Positions 20,251 to 29,511 of a DNA stretch of 64,000 nucleotides are shown here, piece after piece. Below the pieces are notes generated by a model. The model did not search any database and was not told the DNA's origin. It worked only from the letters and a program-made list of their open reading frames with translations. Every line of letters starts with the position of its first letter. The first letter of the stretch is position 1. This DNA is from an uncultured Flavobacteriaceae bacterium (GTDB lineage Bacteria > Bacteroidota > Bacteroidia > Flavobacteriales > Flavobacteriaceae): positions 36,837 to 100,836 of the forward strand of contig CAJQLD010000021.1 of the NCBI GenBank assembly GCA_905479095.1, in the 5' to 3' direction. The translations under genes were made by a program, and so were the position numbers.

Positions 20251-21627
20251 ATGGAAGCAAAATTAATCATAGAAAACCAACGACAGTATTTTCAAACGCG
20301 GGCAACTCGCGATATTGAACTGCTAAAAAGCCGATTAATTAAACTTCGTGTCGAAATTCTCAAAAGAGAAGACGCCATTTACGAAGCACTTTACAAAGAT
20401 TTTAAAAAATCTAAATTTGAAACTTATTTTAGCGAAATAGGCATTGTGATTTCAGAAATTGACGCCACACTAAAACATATAAATACTTGGTCTAAACCTA
20501 AGAAAGTAAGAGCCTCAGGACTCAACTTCCCTTCAAGAGATTACATCTATAGCGAACCTTATGGCTGTGTCTTGGTTATTGCCCCATGGAATTACCCTTT
20601 TCAGCTTGCTATCGCACCTGTTATTTCGGCCATTTCAGCAGGAAATACCGTGGTCTTAAAACCAAGCGAACATACGGCTCATACCTCACAATTATTAGAA
20701 GATATCCTGACAACTGTTTTTCCAACAGAGCATGTTAAGGTTATTCAAGGAGGAATTCCAGAAACGACCTTGCTCTTAAAAGAACGCTGGGACTACATCT
20801 TTTTTACTGGCAGTGTTGCCGTCGGGAAAATTGTAGCCAAAGCAGCAGCGCCTTTCTTAACGCCGCTTACCCTCGAATTAGGTGGGAAAAATCCGTGCAT
20901 CATCGATCCAACAATGTCTACGAAATTAATTGCAAAACGATTGGTATGGGGGAAATTTGTGAATGCGGGCCAAACCTGTATCGCTCCTGATTACTTATTG
21001 GTTCATAAATCTATAAAAGCACAGTTGATTTCTGATTTAAAATCGGAGATCATCAAAGCGTACGGCGAAAACCCACAAGAATCTGAGGATTACCCTCGAA
21101 TTGTTAATTCTAAAAACTTAGCAAGACTCACCAACATGTTGCAAGACTCCGAAGTGGTGTTTGGTGGCGTATCAGATACAGACGATTGCTACTTAGCGCC
21201 GACGCTTATTAACGAACCAGCATTCGATTCCGCCGTTATGAAAGACGAAATCTTTGGGCCCATCTTACCGATTTTATCGTATGAAACAGAAAAAGACATC
21301 CATTCTGTTTTGAGTCACTATGACAAACCACTTGGGTTTTATGTGTTTTCAAACAACACATCCTTTTACAAAAAAATGATTGAAACTTATAGTTTTGGAG
21401 GGGGCACAATTAACGATACAATGATTCATTTTGGGAACTCTAATTTACCTTTTGGCGGGGTTGGCGAAAGCGGTATTGGCGCCTATCATGGCCGCCTAGG
21501 TTTTGATACTTTTTCACACAAAAAAGGAATTGTAATTAAAGGAAATTGGTTGGATATTCCACTGCGTTACGCACCCTACACAAACAAACTTAATGCCCTT
21601 AAAAAGTTATTTAAATTCTTAGGATAA
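20251..21627 (+). CDS. Aldehyde dehydrogenase (ALDH3/YwdH-like)
   Basis: APWNYP, FTGS, LELGGKNP, NAGQTCIAPD catalytic Cys, EIFGPILP; start moved to ATG 20251. Confidence 0.93.
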   Translation: MEAKLIIENQRQYFQTRATRDIELLKSRLIKLRVEILKREDAIYEALYKDFKKSKFETYFSEIGIVISEIDATLKHINTWSKPKKVRASGLNFPSRDYIYSEPYGCVLVIAPWNYPFQLAIAPVISAISAGNTVVLKPSEHTAHTSQLLEDILTTVFPTEHVKVIQGGIPETTLLLKERWDYIFFTGSVAVGKIVAKAAAPFLTPLTLELGGKNPCIIDPTMSTKLIAKRLVWGKFVNAGQTCIAPDYLLVHKSIKAQLISDLKSEIIKAYGENPQESEDYPRIVNSKNLARLTNMLQDSEVVFGGVSDTDDCYLAPTLINEPAFDSAVMKDEIFGPILPILSYETEKDIHSVLSHYDKPLGFYVFSNNTSFYKKMIETYSFGGGTINDTMIHFGNSNLPFGGVGESGIGAYHGRLGFDTFSHKKGIVIKGNWLDIPLRYAPYTNKLNALKKLFKFLG

Positions 21628-21745
21628 ATCGTCCAAATACCCTATTTAAGTCGATAGCTTTTATTTATAGTGACAATTCAATAATCTGTATATCAATATT
21701 TTATAAAGATCATTTAAACTAAAAATTTAGGGGTGCATTAAAACA

Positions 21746-22846
21746 CTATCGAATTGAGTTAAGTGCGTAAATTGCGAAGCTAGCCAACCAGTGTCCGCCC
21801 TCATAACTATCCCCTACTACGCTCGGTAATGAATACTTAATATGGGTATTCGCGATTACTTTTAAGTGTTGAAATTTAGTGCTGTTTTCCGCAATGGTAT
21901 TCAGACTCCAAGCTCGCGAAAAATTAACCCCATCAAGGTGTACTAACTTGCCATCATTTCGGTCTGAAACAATACCTGGTTCTATAGAAAAATTTGGGTC
22001 TTTTAGTTGTGGTAAAAACCCTTCAATCCAGTTTTCAAATTCCTTAAACGTAAGAATCCGTTTCATTAATGCAGCTTCTTCTAAACATGGCGACAAAAAA
22101 TCATAGCCCCCAGGCTCCCAAACAATCGGACACGCTTGGTCGTTAAGATAAAAGTCTTTGGCACGCGTTTGAATCACTGTCTTTAGTTCGGAATGATTTA
22201 CGGAAACAGCATAATCCCACGCAAAACTCAACCCAAAAGCAGTATTTGGATGCTCCCCTACTCTAATTGGATAATTTAATTTTGGTAAGAATTCAATATA
22301 CTTAAACACTATCAAATCTGTTAATGGTTTTAAATTCAATTCGATTTTCCTTGCAACAGAATCTTCCCAAGAGTGAAGTTCTTCTGCTAACTTTAATAAC
22401 CAAGCCCATCCGTATGTACGCTCAAAAGAGGAATTATGTTGTCCTTCAAAATACGAGACTTCTTTTAATATGTTTTCTTCAGAGATACTCTGTAATAATT
22501 GAATTTTAATTGTTTCGTAGTTGTCAATTTCAGGAAATCGCTTCAACAAACTCACCAAACTCCAGTGACCATGAACCGCAGAATGCCAATCAAAACAACC
22601 ATAAAACGTAGGATGCAATGTTTTAGGAGATAATAAATCGGCTTCACTCCCTAAGGTTTGTCCCAACCTGTACGGGTATTCGGTCTCCATACAATGCAAT
22701 GGCAATTGCGCTAAGCGATTAGCTTCTATCAAACTTAAAACAGGTGAATTTAAAGCCAATTCTACTGGAGGCAAGCTGGCTTTACGTTGATTACACCCCA
22801 TTAGTGAAGTCATGACAATGGCTGTAAATATGTGTTTAAGTTTCAT
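21746..22846 (-). CDS. DUF2891 family lipoprotein
   Basis: FYGCFDWHSAVHGHW, SFERTYGWAW, YEGGHWLASFA; lipobox LMGC from ATG 22846. Confidence 0.8.
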   Translation of the reverse strand: MKLKHIFTAIVMTSLMGCNQRKASLPPVELALNSPVLSLIEANRLAQLPLHCMETEYPYRLGQTLGSEADLLSPKTLHPTFYGCFDWHSAVHGHWSLVSLLKRFPEIDNYETIKIQLLQSISEENILKEVSYFEGQHNSSFERTYGWAWLLKLAEELHSWEDSVARKIELNLKPLTDLIVFKYIEFLPKLNYPIRVGEHPNTAFGLSFAWDYAVSVNHSELKTVIQTRAKDFYLNDQACPIVWEPGGYDFLSPCLEEAALMKRILTFKEFENWIEGFLPQLKDPNFSIEPGIVSDRNDGKLVHLDGVNFSRAWSLNTIAENSTKFQHLKVIANTHIKYSLPSVVGDSYEGGHWLASFAIYALNSIR

Positions 22847-22919
22847 AGGTTTTGAGTTTCTATACAAAGTGAAATTACCTTTTTTTTTATAATATCTTAA
22901 TTTTCACATCAAAAATATT

Positions 22920-23001
22920 GATCCAAACTTCGGTATTGAATGGCTTCTAACTTGGCAACTCATCTAAAAATAAACTTCATTATAAGATAGTGAAAGCTCA
23001 C
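22920..23001 (-). pseudogene. Collapsed relic of comM/yifB
   Basis: 22920-22947 matches comM 38705-38732 at 27/28 nt (EAIQYRSLD); 22953-23001 matches comM 39297-39346 at 40/50 with a 1-nt deletion (GEISLSHNGVLFLDELP region). Confidence 0.85.
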
Positions 23002-23180
23002 TTTAGAGATGGCAATTCCCTGCACAGGCAAAAACGAACAAGATTACAGAGTGCATTCCTGCTAACTTTGCTTCATGAGTCGCATTCACAGATACACGCA
23101 TGATACATCCTTAGTAGCGAGCTCAAGTTGCGTATACAAAATGTTAAGTGTTTCATTTAACCATATAAAAAGACAAAAAA

Positions 23181-25244
23181 TTAATGTGTTTCGTTTTTTG
23201 ATTTCATAAATAGAGGGGTTGCACATAAATACCATTTTAACTTAAAACCAATTTCGCTAAAGTTGAAACCTGCAGCAGTTGCTGATGCAATATCACTATG
23301 CAAGCCAAAGAGATTAGCTGTAAACCTATTGGAGATATTGTAACCTAATTTACCCTGAAATCTAAATGTATTTTGCCGCTCTTGGTCTTCAACAAACTGT
23401 AATCCAGTTGCAAGGTTTAGATTGTAAAACCATTTTCCAGTTTGATTTTTCACAAGATCCACAAATACCTCAACAACATTAAATTTTTCTGGGCTAAAAT
23501 AAATAACCGGCACTTGATCTTTAAATGTTATGTATTGGTAATTTAAGCCTGTTTTAAGCAACGGTTTATCAAAAAGGTTATAATACACCGAAGTGAATAG
23601 TAAATGCTTCTGGTTGCTGTCATTTTGCCAAGAGTAATTGTATTGCGTATACCAACCTAAATTAAAATTAGAATTTACATTGTAATTTGCATATAAGGTG
23701 TTTTGCACAATTTCTCGGTTTAGTAAATCGGCATTAAAATCTTGCCATTCGCGTTTATAGCCAAGGTCTAAAGTTTGCAGTTTAAACGGTTTTGTTTTAA
23801 AAACGATATTTGTTAAAAACTGTGTGTAATTAGTTGTTTTTGCATTCACATCAGTCACACCAATATTTGTTTTAATAGCTATTTTTGGATGCAGTAAGTA
23901 GTTAAAACCAAATAACAAATTATTTGCTTTGGCTTTGTTAGTGGTGACTTTGTTTTTAGAATTTCTATAACTATACAAACCATTGACTTGTAACTTTGTA
24001 GATAATGGCACAGTGACGTTTGTTGTTTCGGTAAAAGCCTCATTATTTCCATTGTCAAAACTATAGGTCGTTTTTGTTTCAAAAAAAGGCGTAAACTGTT
24101 TGTCTAATATGTTTACAAAGTTTTCAGCATCTTTTTGGTTTTTAAAAATGGACAATGTTTTATAAACTGCTCGATAAGCGTCGTTGTACAAACCGAGCGC
24201 TTTTTGTGCATTGGCCTTCCCTAGATTTCCATCAAAAGAGATGCTGTCGTTTGTTAAAATGGTGTTGTAATCTTTAAGACTTTTTTTGAAATCTCCTTTA
24301 TAGGTATTTAAAGTGGCACGTAAGGCTAAAACCCAATTTTGGTTTGGCTTTGTGAGTATTAAATCCCTAATTAATGATCTAGCTGTTTTATACTTTTTAT
24401 TCCAAATTAAAGCTTGTATGTAACGTTCTGTTGTTTGTTGTGTTTGTGCTTCATTCATAGACGTTAATCCATCAAAAGCTTCTTTACTTATTTTAAGTGC
24501 ATCCTTTTCTTTTCTATTTAAATGCGAGACTAATGCCAAACCATTTAATGCTGTGATTTTTTGACCTGGTTGTTCTGCGATAAGATTATAGCACTCTTTT
24601 GCTTTTTCTAATTGATCTGAAATTAAATATAAATTAGCAAGATTCAGTAAGGTATCGATATCATTATTAAAGAGACGTAAATTTTCTTTTAACAAGTTTT
24701 CTGCTTGCGTATATTCTTGTTGCTGTTGTTTTTGGTAAGCATATCCTAAATACATGTATTTTTTAGAATTCAATGCATTTAAATTATTGGGCTTTACAAC
24801 TAATGCTTTATCAACATATATTAAGGCATTTTCGTATTCTTTTAAATTTGATAATGTGTTTGCATAACTTAAGAGTGCTGGAAAACTTTTAGGCTCTTCA
24901 TTTACTAATATTTTAAAATATTTCTTAGCTTCTTCAAACTTATCATTCCATAACAAAGATTCTCCATAATTCAATTTTACTTCAAAATCATCATTATAAT
25001 TTTCCAATAAATTTATAAAAATCGCAGTGGCTTTTTCAGGATTCCCGTTTAAACCAACAGCACGTCCAAAACACAAACGAGCCGTTTTATTTTGGGCATG
25101 ATCATTTAAGATATTTTGAAAAAATAATTCAGCGTTTTGATATTCTCCAGCTTCTAAATAAGCAAAACCTTTTTGCATATCTTGAGAGAACATAAATAGA
25201 GAAAACGTCGTGCAAAAAAGCAAGAGATAGGGATTGATTTTCAT
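23181..25244 (-). CDS. Secreted TPR protein with probable C-terminal outer-membrane beta-barrel
   Basis: Signal peptide MKINPYLLLFCTTFSLF from ATG 25244; multiple TPR-like helical repeats; last ~280 aa have an alternating aromatic/hydrophobic beta-strand pattern ending GFKLKWY. Confidence 0.7.
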   Translation of the reverse strand: MKINPYLLLFCTTFSLFMFSQDMQKGFAYLEAGEYQNAELFFQNILNDHAQNKTARLCFGRAVGLNGNPEKATAIFINLLENYNDDFEVKLNYGESLLWNDKFEEAKKYFKILVNEEPKSFPALLSYANTLSNLKEYENALIYVDKALVVKPNNLNALNSKKYMYLGYAYQKQQQQEYTQAENLLKENLRLFNNDIDTLLNLANLYLISDQLEKAKECYNLIAEQPGQKITALNGLALVSHLNRKEKDALKISKEAFDGLTSMNEAQTQQTTERYIQALIWNKKYKTARSLIRDLILTKPNQNWVLALRATLNTYKGDFKKSLKDYNTILTNDSISFDGNLGKANAQKALGLYNDAYRAVYKTLSIFKNQKDAENFVNILDKQFTPFFETKTTYSFDNGNNEAFTETTNVTVPLSTKLQVNGLYSYRNSKNKVTTNKAKANNLLFGFNYLLHPKIAIKTNIGVTDVNAKTTNYTQFLTNIVFKTKPFKLQTLDLGYKREWQDFNADLLNREIVQNTLYANYNVNSNFNLGWYTQYNYSWQNDSNQKHLLFTSVYYNLFDKPLLKTGLNYQYITFKDQVPVIYFSPEKFNVVEVFVDLVKNQTGKWFYNLNLATGLQFVEDQERQNTFRFQGKLGYNISNRFTANLFGLHSDIASATAAGFNFSEIGFKLKWYLCATPLFMKSKNETH

Positions 25245-25287
25245 TGGTAATTTTTGATAGTTCAAGTTAAACATTATAAGCGATTCA

Positions 25288-25317
25288 TTCATCTATAGAT
25301 AATGTCCTCTCATCGAA
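25288..25317 (+). promoter_or_regulatory. Candidate LytTR-type tandem box A
   Basis: TTCATCTAT-N12-CTCATCGAA, 21-bp period, in the divergent TPR/flippase promoter. Confidence 0.6.
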
Positions 25318-25499
25318 ATTAAATTGATTTCTAAAGATATCTGGGTAATATTTATACCTGAAATTAACCTAAATACAATTTTGGTTTATACGTTTTGAAG
25401 CACAATCCCCTATATCATTTTTAGCATAAAGAATAGTGATTGAATTTAGAAACACTACGAATGTATTAACCAAGGCTAATTTCTTAATCAAAATAAAAA

Positions 25500-26738
25500 A
25501 TGCAAATCATCTCATTTATACGTTCAAAAAAGATATCGGATGAACAATTATTTATGTTGAGCGTACTGGTTGTTAATGCAGGTAATTATATATACAATCT
25601 TATTCTTGGTCGAATTTTAGATCCAGGACAATTTGCAGATGCAGCGGTCTTAATTACTTTTTTATCTGTTCTATCCTTTGTCGCGATGACTTTTCAATTA
25701 GTAACTGCAAAATTTTCAGTCGTATTTGAAACTAATTTATTTATGATTTTTATTTCAAAGGTTTATAAGAATGCTCTTTTTGTCGGAATTAGTTTTGGAG
25801 GTATCATTATTATTTTTTCAAAACAATTACAACAAATATTAAATACTTCATCTTCAAATATGTTTACTGTTTTCGGAATTGGGATGCCATTATACTTTTT
25901 AATGAGTGTCAATAGAGGCGTTTTTCAAGGAAAAAAAGCATTCAAGTATTTATCAATTACCTATCAATCTGAAATGTTGAGCAGACTGGTCATCACATTA
26001 GGATTGCTACTCGCATTTAACATACAATCGTCACTCGTAATCGCTCTTGGAATTTTCTTCTCCTTTTGTTTTGGTTTAATCCCGTTTAACTTTAAAAGTT
26101 TAAGCTTTAAAACATCTTTAGGCATTGCCCAAAATCAATTAAAATTAGTGAGAAAATTTTTTATAATTACTGCCTTTTATGAATTAACTCAAATTATAAT
26201 TAACAACAGTGACATTCTTTTAGTGAAGCATTATTTTGAATCGTATGAAGCTGGGTTGTATGCCTCTTTGGCAATAATTGGTAGAATTGTATACTTTATA
26301 GCTTGGATGTTTGTGATGTTATTACTCCCTACCGTTGTTGAACTTAAAAAAGAGGGAAAAGCAACAGCTCCAGTTTTATTTAAATATGTTGGGTATATAA
26401 CTATTGTAGCAGCTGTAATTATTTTGAGTTATGCATTATTTCCAAAAACAGCAATTAGCTTATTATTTGGTGAGAGTTATTTAGCGATGGCTCCCTTACT
26501 TTGGAAATATGCTTTAGCAACTGGGTTATTCGCCATTTCAAACATTTTTGCTTATTACTATTTGTCATTAGATCGATTTATGCCTGTTGTGTTGTCTGGT
26601 ATTTTTGGAATGTTACAAATGGGGCTCATCATATTTTTTCATGATACTTTAGAACAAGTCGTTCACATTCAAATTATAGCAATGATGTTATTACTCGTTT
26701 TTCAAATTATTTATTTCGCTTTAGATTCTAAATCATAA
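25500..26738 (+). CDS. Oligosaccharide flippase (Wzx/MOP-like)
   Basis: About 12 TM segments; NYIYNLILGRILDP, NNSDILLVKHYF, AGLYASLAIIGRIV flippase-like motifs. Confidence 0.8.
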   Translation: MQIISFIRSKKISDEQLFMLSVLVVNAGNYIYNLILGRILDPGQFADAAVLITFLSVLSFVAMTFQLVTAKFSVVFETNLFMIFISKVYKNALFVGISFGGIIIIFSKQLQQILNTSSSNMFTVFGIGMPLYFLMSVNRGVFQGKKAFKYLSITYQSEMLSRLVITLGLLLAFNIQSSLVIALGIFFSFCFGLIPFNFKSLSFKTSLGIAQNQLKLVRKFFIITAFYELTQIIINNSDILLVKHYFESYEAGLYASLAIIGRIVYFIAWMFVMLLLPTVVELKKEGKATAPVLFKYVGYITIVAAVIILSYALFPKTAISLLFGESYLAMAPLLWKYALATGLFAISNIFAYYYLSLDRFMPVVLSGIFGMLQMGLIIFFHDTLEQVVHIQIIAMMLLLVFQIIYFALDSKS

Positions 26739-26792
26739 TTATCATGACGTTAAACCCACAATTCAATTGCTATTATAAATAGAAAAAAAAGC

Positions 26793-28010
26793 ATGAAACT
26801 AGCTATCGTAACAGCATTTCCGCCAAGTAAAGTCACATTAAATGAATATGCTTACCATTTAGTAAAACACTTCAGACTAAAAAAAGACATTTCAGAAATT
26901 ATTTTGTTAACGGATAAAACAAAAGGTAAAAAAGATATTTTATTTACTAAAAAAGGGTGTGGCATTACAATCAAAGAATGTTGGTCGTTTAATAGCTATG
27001 CTAACATTATTAATATCACAAAAGCAATTAATAAAACAAAACCAGACGCCGTATTATTTAACTTACAGTTCATGAAATTTGGGGATAAAAAAATAGCTGC
27101 TGCATTAGGGTTATTTTTACCTTTTGTCTGTAAGTTAAAAGGAATCCCAAACATTGTTTTACTGCACAACATATTAGAAGAAGTCGATTTAGAATCTGCT
27201 GGATTTACAACTAACAAATTTCTACAAAAAATATACGGTTTTATAGGGACGACATTAACAAAAATAATATTACTAGCAGATGTTGTTTCGGTCACCATTC
27301 AAAAATATGCTACGACTTTGGAAGAAAAGTATAGTGCTAAAAACGTGATTTTAATACCACATGGAACCTTTGAAGTATCTGACGAAAAACCAGATTTTAC
27401 GGTTCCTAAAGGACCTTTACAAATAATGACTTTTGGGAAATTTGGAACTTACAAAAAAGTAGAGTTATTAATTGAAGCCGTAGAGGTTGTAAGAGATTCT
27501 ACTGGATTAGATCTAGAAGTGGTGATCGCAGGCACCGATAATCCAAATGTAAAAGGGTACTTGGCAAAAGTACAACAAGAGTATAACCATGTACCCCAAA
27601 TCAGATTTACAGGATACGTGAAAGAGTCTGAGGTGCCTACTCTGTTTAAAGAAAGTGCTGTAGTTGTATTCCCATATACATCTACTACAGGAAGTTCTGG
27701 TGTATTACATCAGGCAGGAAGTTATGGCAAAGCTGTTGTAATGCCCTATTTAGGGGACTTAGCATTACTAGTAAAAGATGAAGGTTATCTAGGTGAGTTC
27801 TTTGAACCAAGATCAGTTGAAAGCTTAGCAAAAGCAATAGAAGCAATTGTAACTAATGACTACTACAGAAAAGATTTAGGAAAGGCTAATTATAAAGCTG
27901 CGACGGCATATCCCATGAGTAAAATTACAGACATGTATCTCAATGAGTTCAATTCAATTATAAACAACAAAAAGCAGAGAAAAATACAATCCATTACTGG
28001 CCGGAGATAA
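26793..28010 (+). CDS. GT4 family glycosyltransferase (GT-B)
   Basis: LIPHG, FGKFGTYKKVELLIEA, RFTGYV, VVFPYTSTTGSSGVLHQAGSYGKAVV. Confidence 0.85.
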   Translation: MKLAIVTAFPPSKVTLNEYAYHLVKHFRLKKDISEIILLTDKTKGKKDILFTKKGCGITIKECWSFNSYANIINITKAINKTKPDAVLFNLQFMKFGDKKIAAALGLFLPFVCKLKGIPNIVLLHNILEEVDLESAGFTTNKFLQKIYGFIGTTLTKIILLADVVSVTIQKYATTLEEKYSAKNVILIPHGTFEVSDEKPDFTVPKGPLQIMTFGKFGTYKKVELLIEAVEVVRDSTGLDLEVVIAGTDNPNVKGYLAKVQQEYNHVPQIRFTGYVKESEVPTLFKESAVVVFPYTSTTGSSGVLHQAGSYGKAVVMPYLGDLALLVKDEGYLGEFFEPRSVESLAKAIEAIVTNDYYRKDLGKANYKAATAYPMSKITDMYLNEFNSIINNKKQRKIQSITGRR

Positions 28011-29511
28011 ACTTAAATGCCGCTTTTTTTGTTCCATTGTCATCAATAAATCCATAATATTTTTGAGCATTTTTACGCCAAGGTAGCCCTCCTACAACTT
28101 CATTTGGAATGTTTACAAAGTCATATAAGGTCCAAGACATAAATTGTATATCATTTTCAGAGATGATCTTTTGAGCTTTTTCATAATAATCGGCTTGATC
28201 ATTATTAGAATTTCCAAATGGGTTCCATAAACCACTATAAGAGGACATTCCAAATTCACCCATAACTAAAGGCTTGTTTGGAGCTTTTGCTTTAAGAGAT
28301 TTTATGGAGGCGGCAAGGTTATCTAAATCTTCATAATAATGAAAAGAGATAAAGTCAACTTTATCTTTTAAAATTGCTGCGCTTTGTATGTCGGACCATC
28401 CAATAGTGACTGCATGAGCGGAATCTATAGATTTAACCAAATCAATCAAAGCATTTAACCATGCGATAACATTCAATTCACCTCTTGAATCAAAGTCTAA
28501 GTTAGGCTCATTTTTAATATCCCAAGCAATAATTGCTTCATGATCTTTTAGTTCAGATACAATCGTTTTTGCATGCTGCATATTCAAGGTCCAATTTAAG
28601 ACTGAATAATCACCATAAAAGTCAAAAAGAGTGACCACAACTTTTAAATCATTTTCCTCTGCTGCATCTAATGTTTGCTTTAATTTATCTAATTTTTCTG
28701 TAATAACATTTGCTTTACCAAAATCATCATATTGCACAAAAATACGAACCGTAGTTAATCCGCTATCTCTAATAATCTTAAAGTCGTTTGAAATCGTGTT
28801 TTTTGAAAAAGCACCTCCAAACATATCCCATGGTGTATCTTTTGGATAATAATTAATCCCTCTTATGTTTAAATTGCTCGATGCAACTTTAGCGTTTTCT
28901 TTCTGATAATTTTCTGTGGATACTTTTACCATATGCCTAATTCTCCAAAAACCGTCTTCCAATAAAAGTATGATTTTGTAAGTGGATTTTTCTGTGGTTT
29001 CAAAAATTAATTTTTCATCTTTAAATACACGTTTGTACTCTAAAACATCAGTATCTGTAAGTATTGCTAAGTGTCCATCTTCGCTATAAAAATTTAAAGT
29101 TGGATGGTGCTCTAAAGTTGTAGATTCAATGGTGATTCTATTTTTTATATTTAAATCAATAAAATCAAACCTATTTTCACGAGCGTTATCCGTAAAGTAG
29201 TCCTTAATGACGTCTTTGGTATTCGTCTTATAAGCAACCAGGCTTACATACCATGCATCTAAATAATCATTTTCTAAAGTGTTTAGCGTTACTTCGTCCA
29301 TTGATCTTCCTTCATTATTTAAGGGAGTCCAATCAACTTTAGGGATGTATTGCTCTATTTTTTTTAATTCTGTATGAAGCATTTTACTTCTATCTGCTCC
29401 TGTATTTAGATATACAAACACTGCACTAATCCCAGATATAATAATTACAATAACTAGGAGATATGAGCCTAATAAAAGACTACGTACTATATTTTTATTT
29501 AAACCTACCAT
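27994..29511 (-). CDS. Membrane-anchored clan GH-A glycoside hydrolase (GH5/GH2-like TIM barrel)
   Basis: N-terminal TM anchor; RGINYYP, WDIKNEP acid/base Glu, ISFHYY, VMGEFG nucleophile Glu. Confidence 0.8.
   Translation of the reverse strand: MVGLNKNIVRSLLLGSYLLVIVIIISGISAVFVYLNTGADRSKMLHTELKKIEQYIPKVDWTPLNNEGRSMDEVTLNTLENDYLDAWYVSLVAYKTNTKDVIKDYFTDNARENRFDFIDLNIKNRITIESTTLEHHPTLNFYSEDGHLAILTDTDVLEYKRVFKDEKLIFETTEKSTYKIILLLEDGFWRIRHMVKVSTENYQKENAKVASSNLNIRGINYYPKDTPWDMFGGAFSKNTISNDFKIIRDSGLTTVRIFVQYDDFGKANVITEKLDKLKQTLDAAEENDLKVVVTLFDFYGDYSVLNWTLNMQHAKTIVSELKDHEAIIAWDIKNEPNLDFDSRGELNVIAWLNALIDLVKSIDSAHAVTIGWSDIQSAAILKDKVDFISFHYYEDLDNLAASIKSLKAKAPNKPLVMGEFGMSSYSGLWNPFGNSNNDQADYYEKAQKIISENDIQFMSWTLYDFVNIPNEVVGGLPWRKNAQKYYGFIDDNGTKKAAFKFISGQ

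Noticed and set aside
23002-23100. Possible further comM-like fragments (THEAKLAGMHSVILFVFACAGNCHL, resembling HEALETTKIHSV or the Walker A region)
   Set aside because: Several incompatible weak alignments are possible; not distinguishable from chance by eye
25318-25499. Long leader before the flippase, checked for a small STAS gene, sRNA or riboswitch
   Set aside because: No credible ORF or stable structure seen
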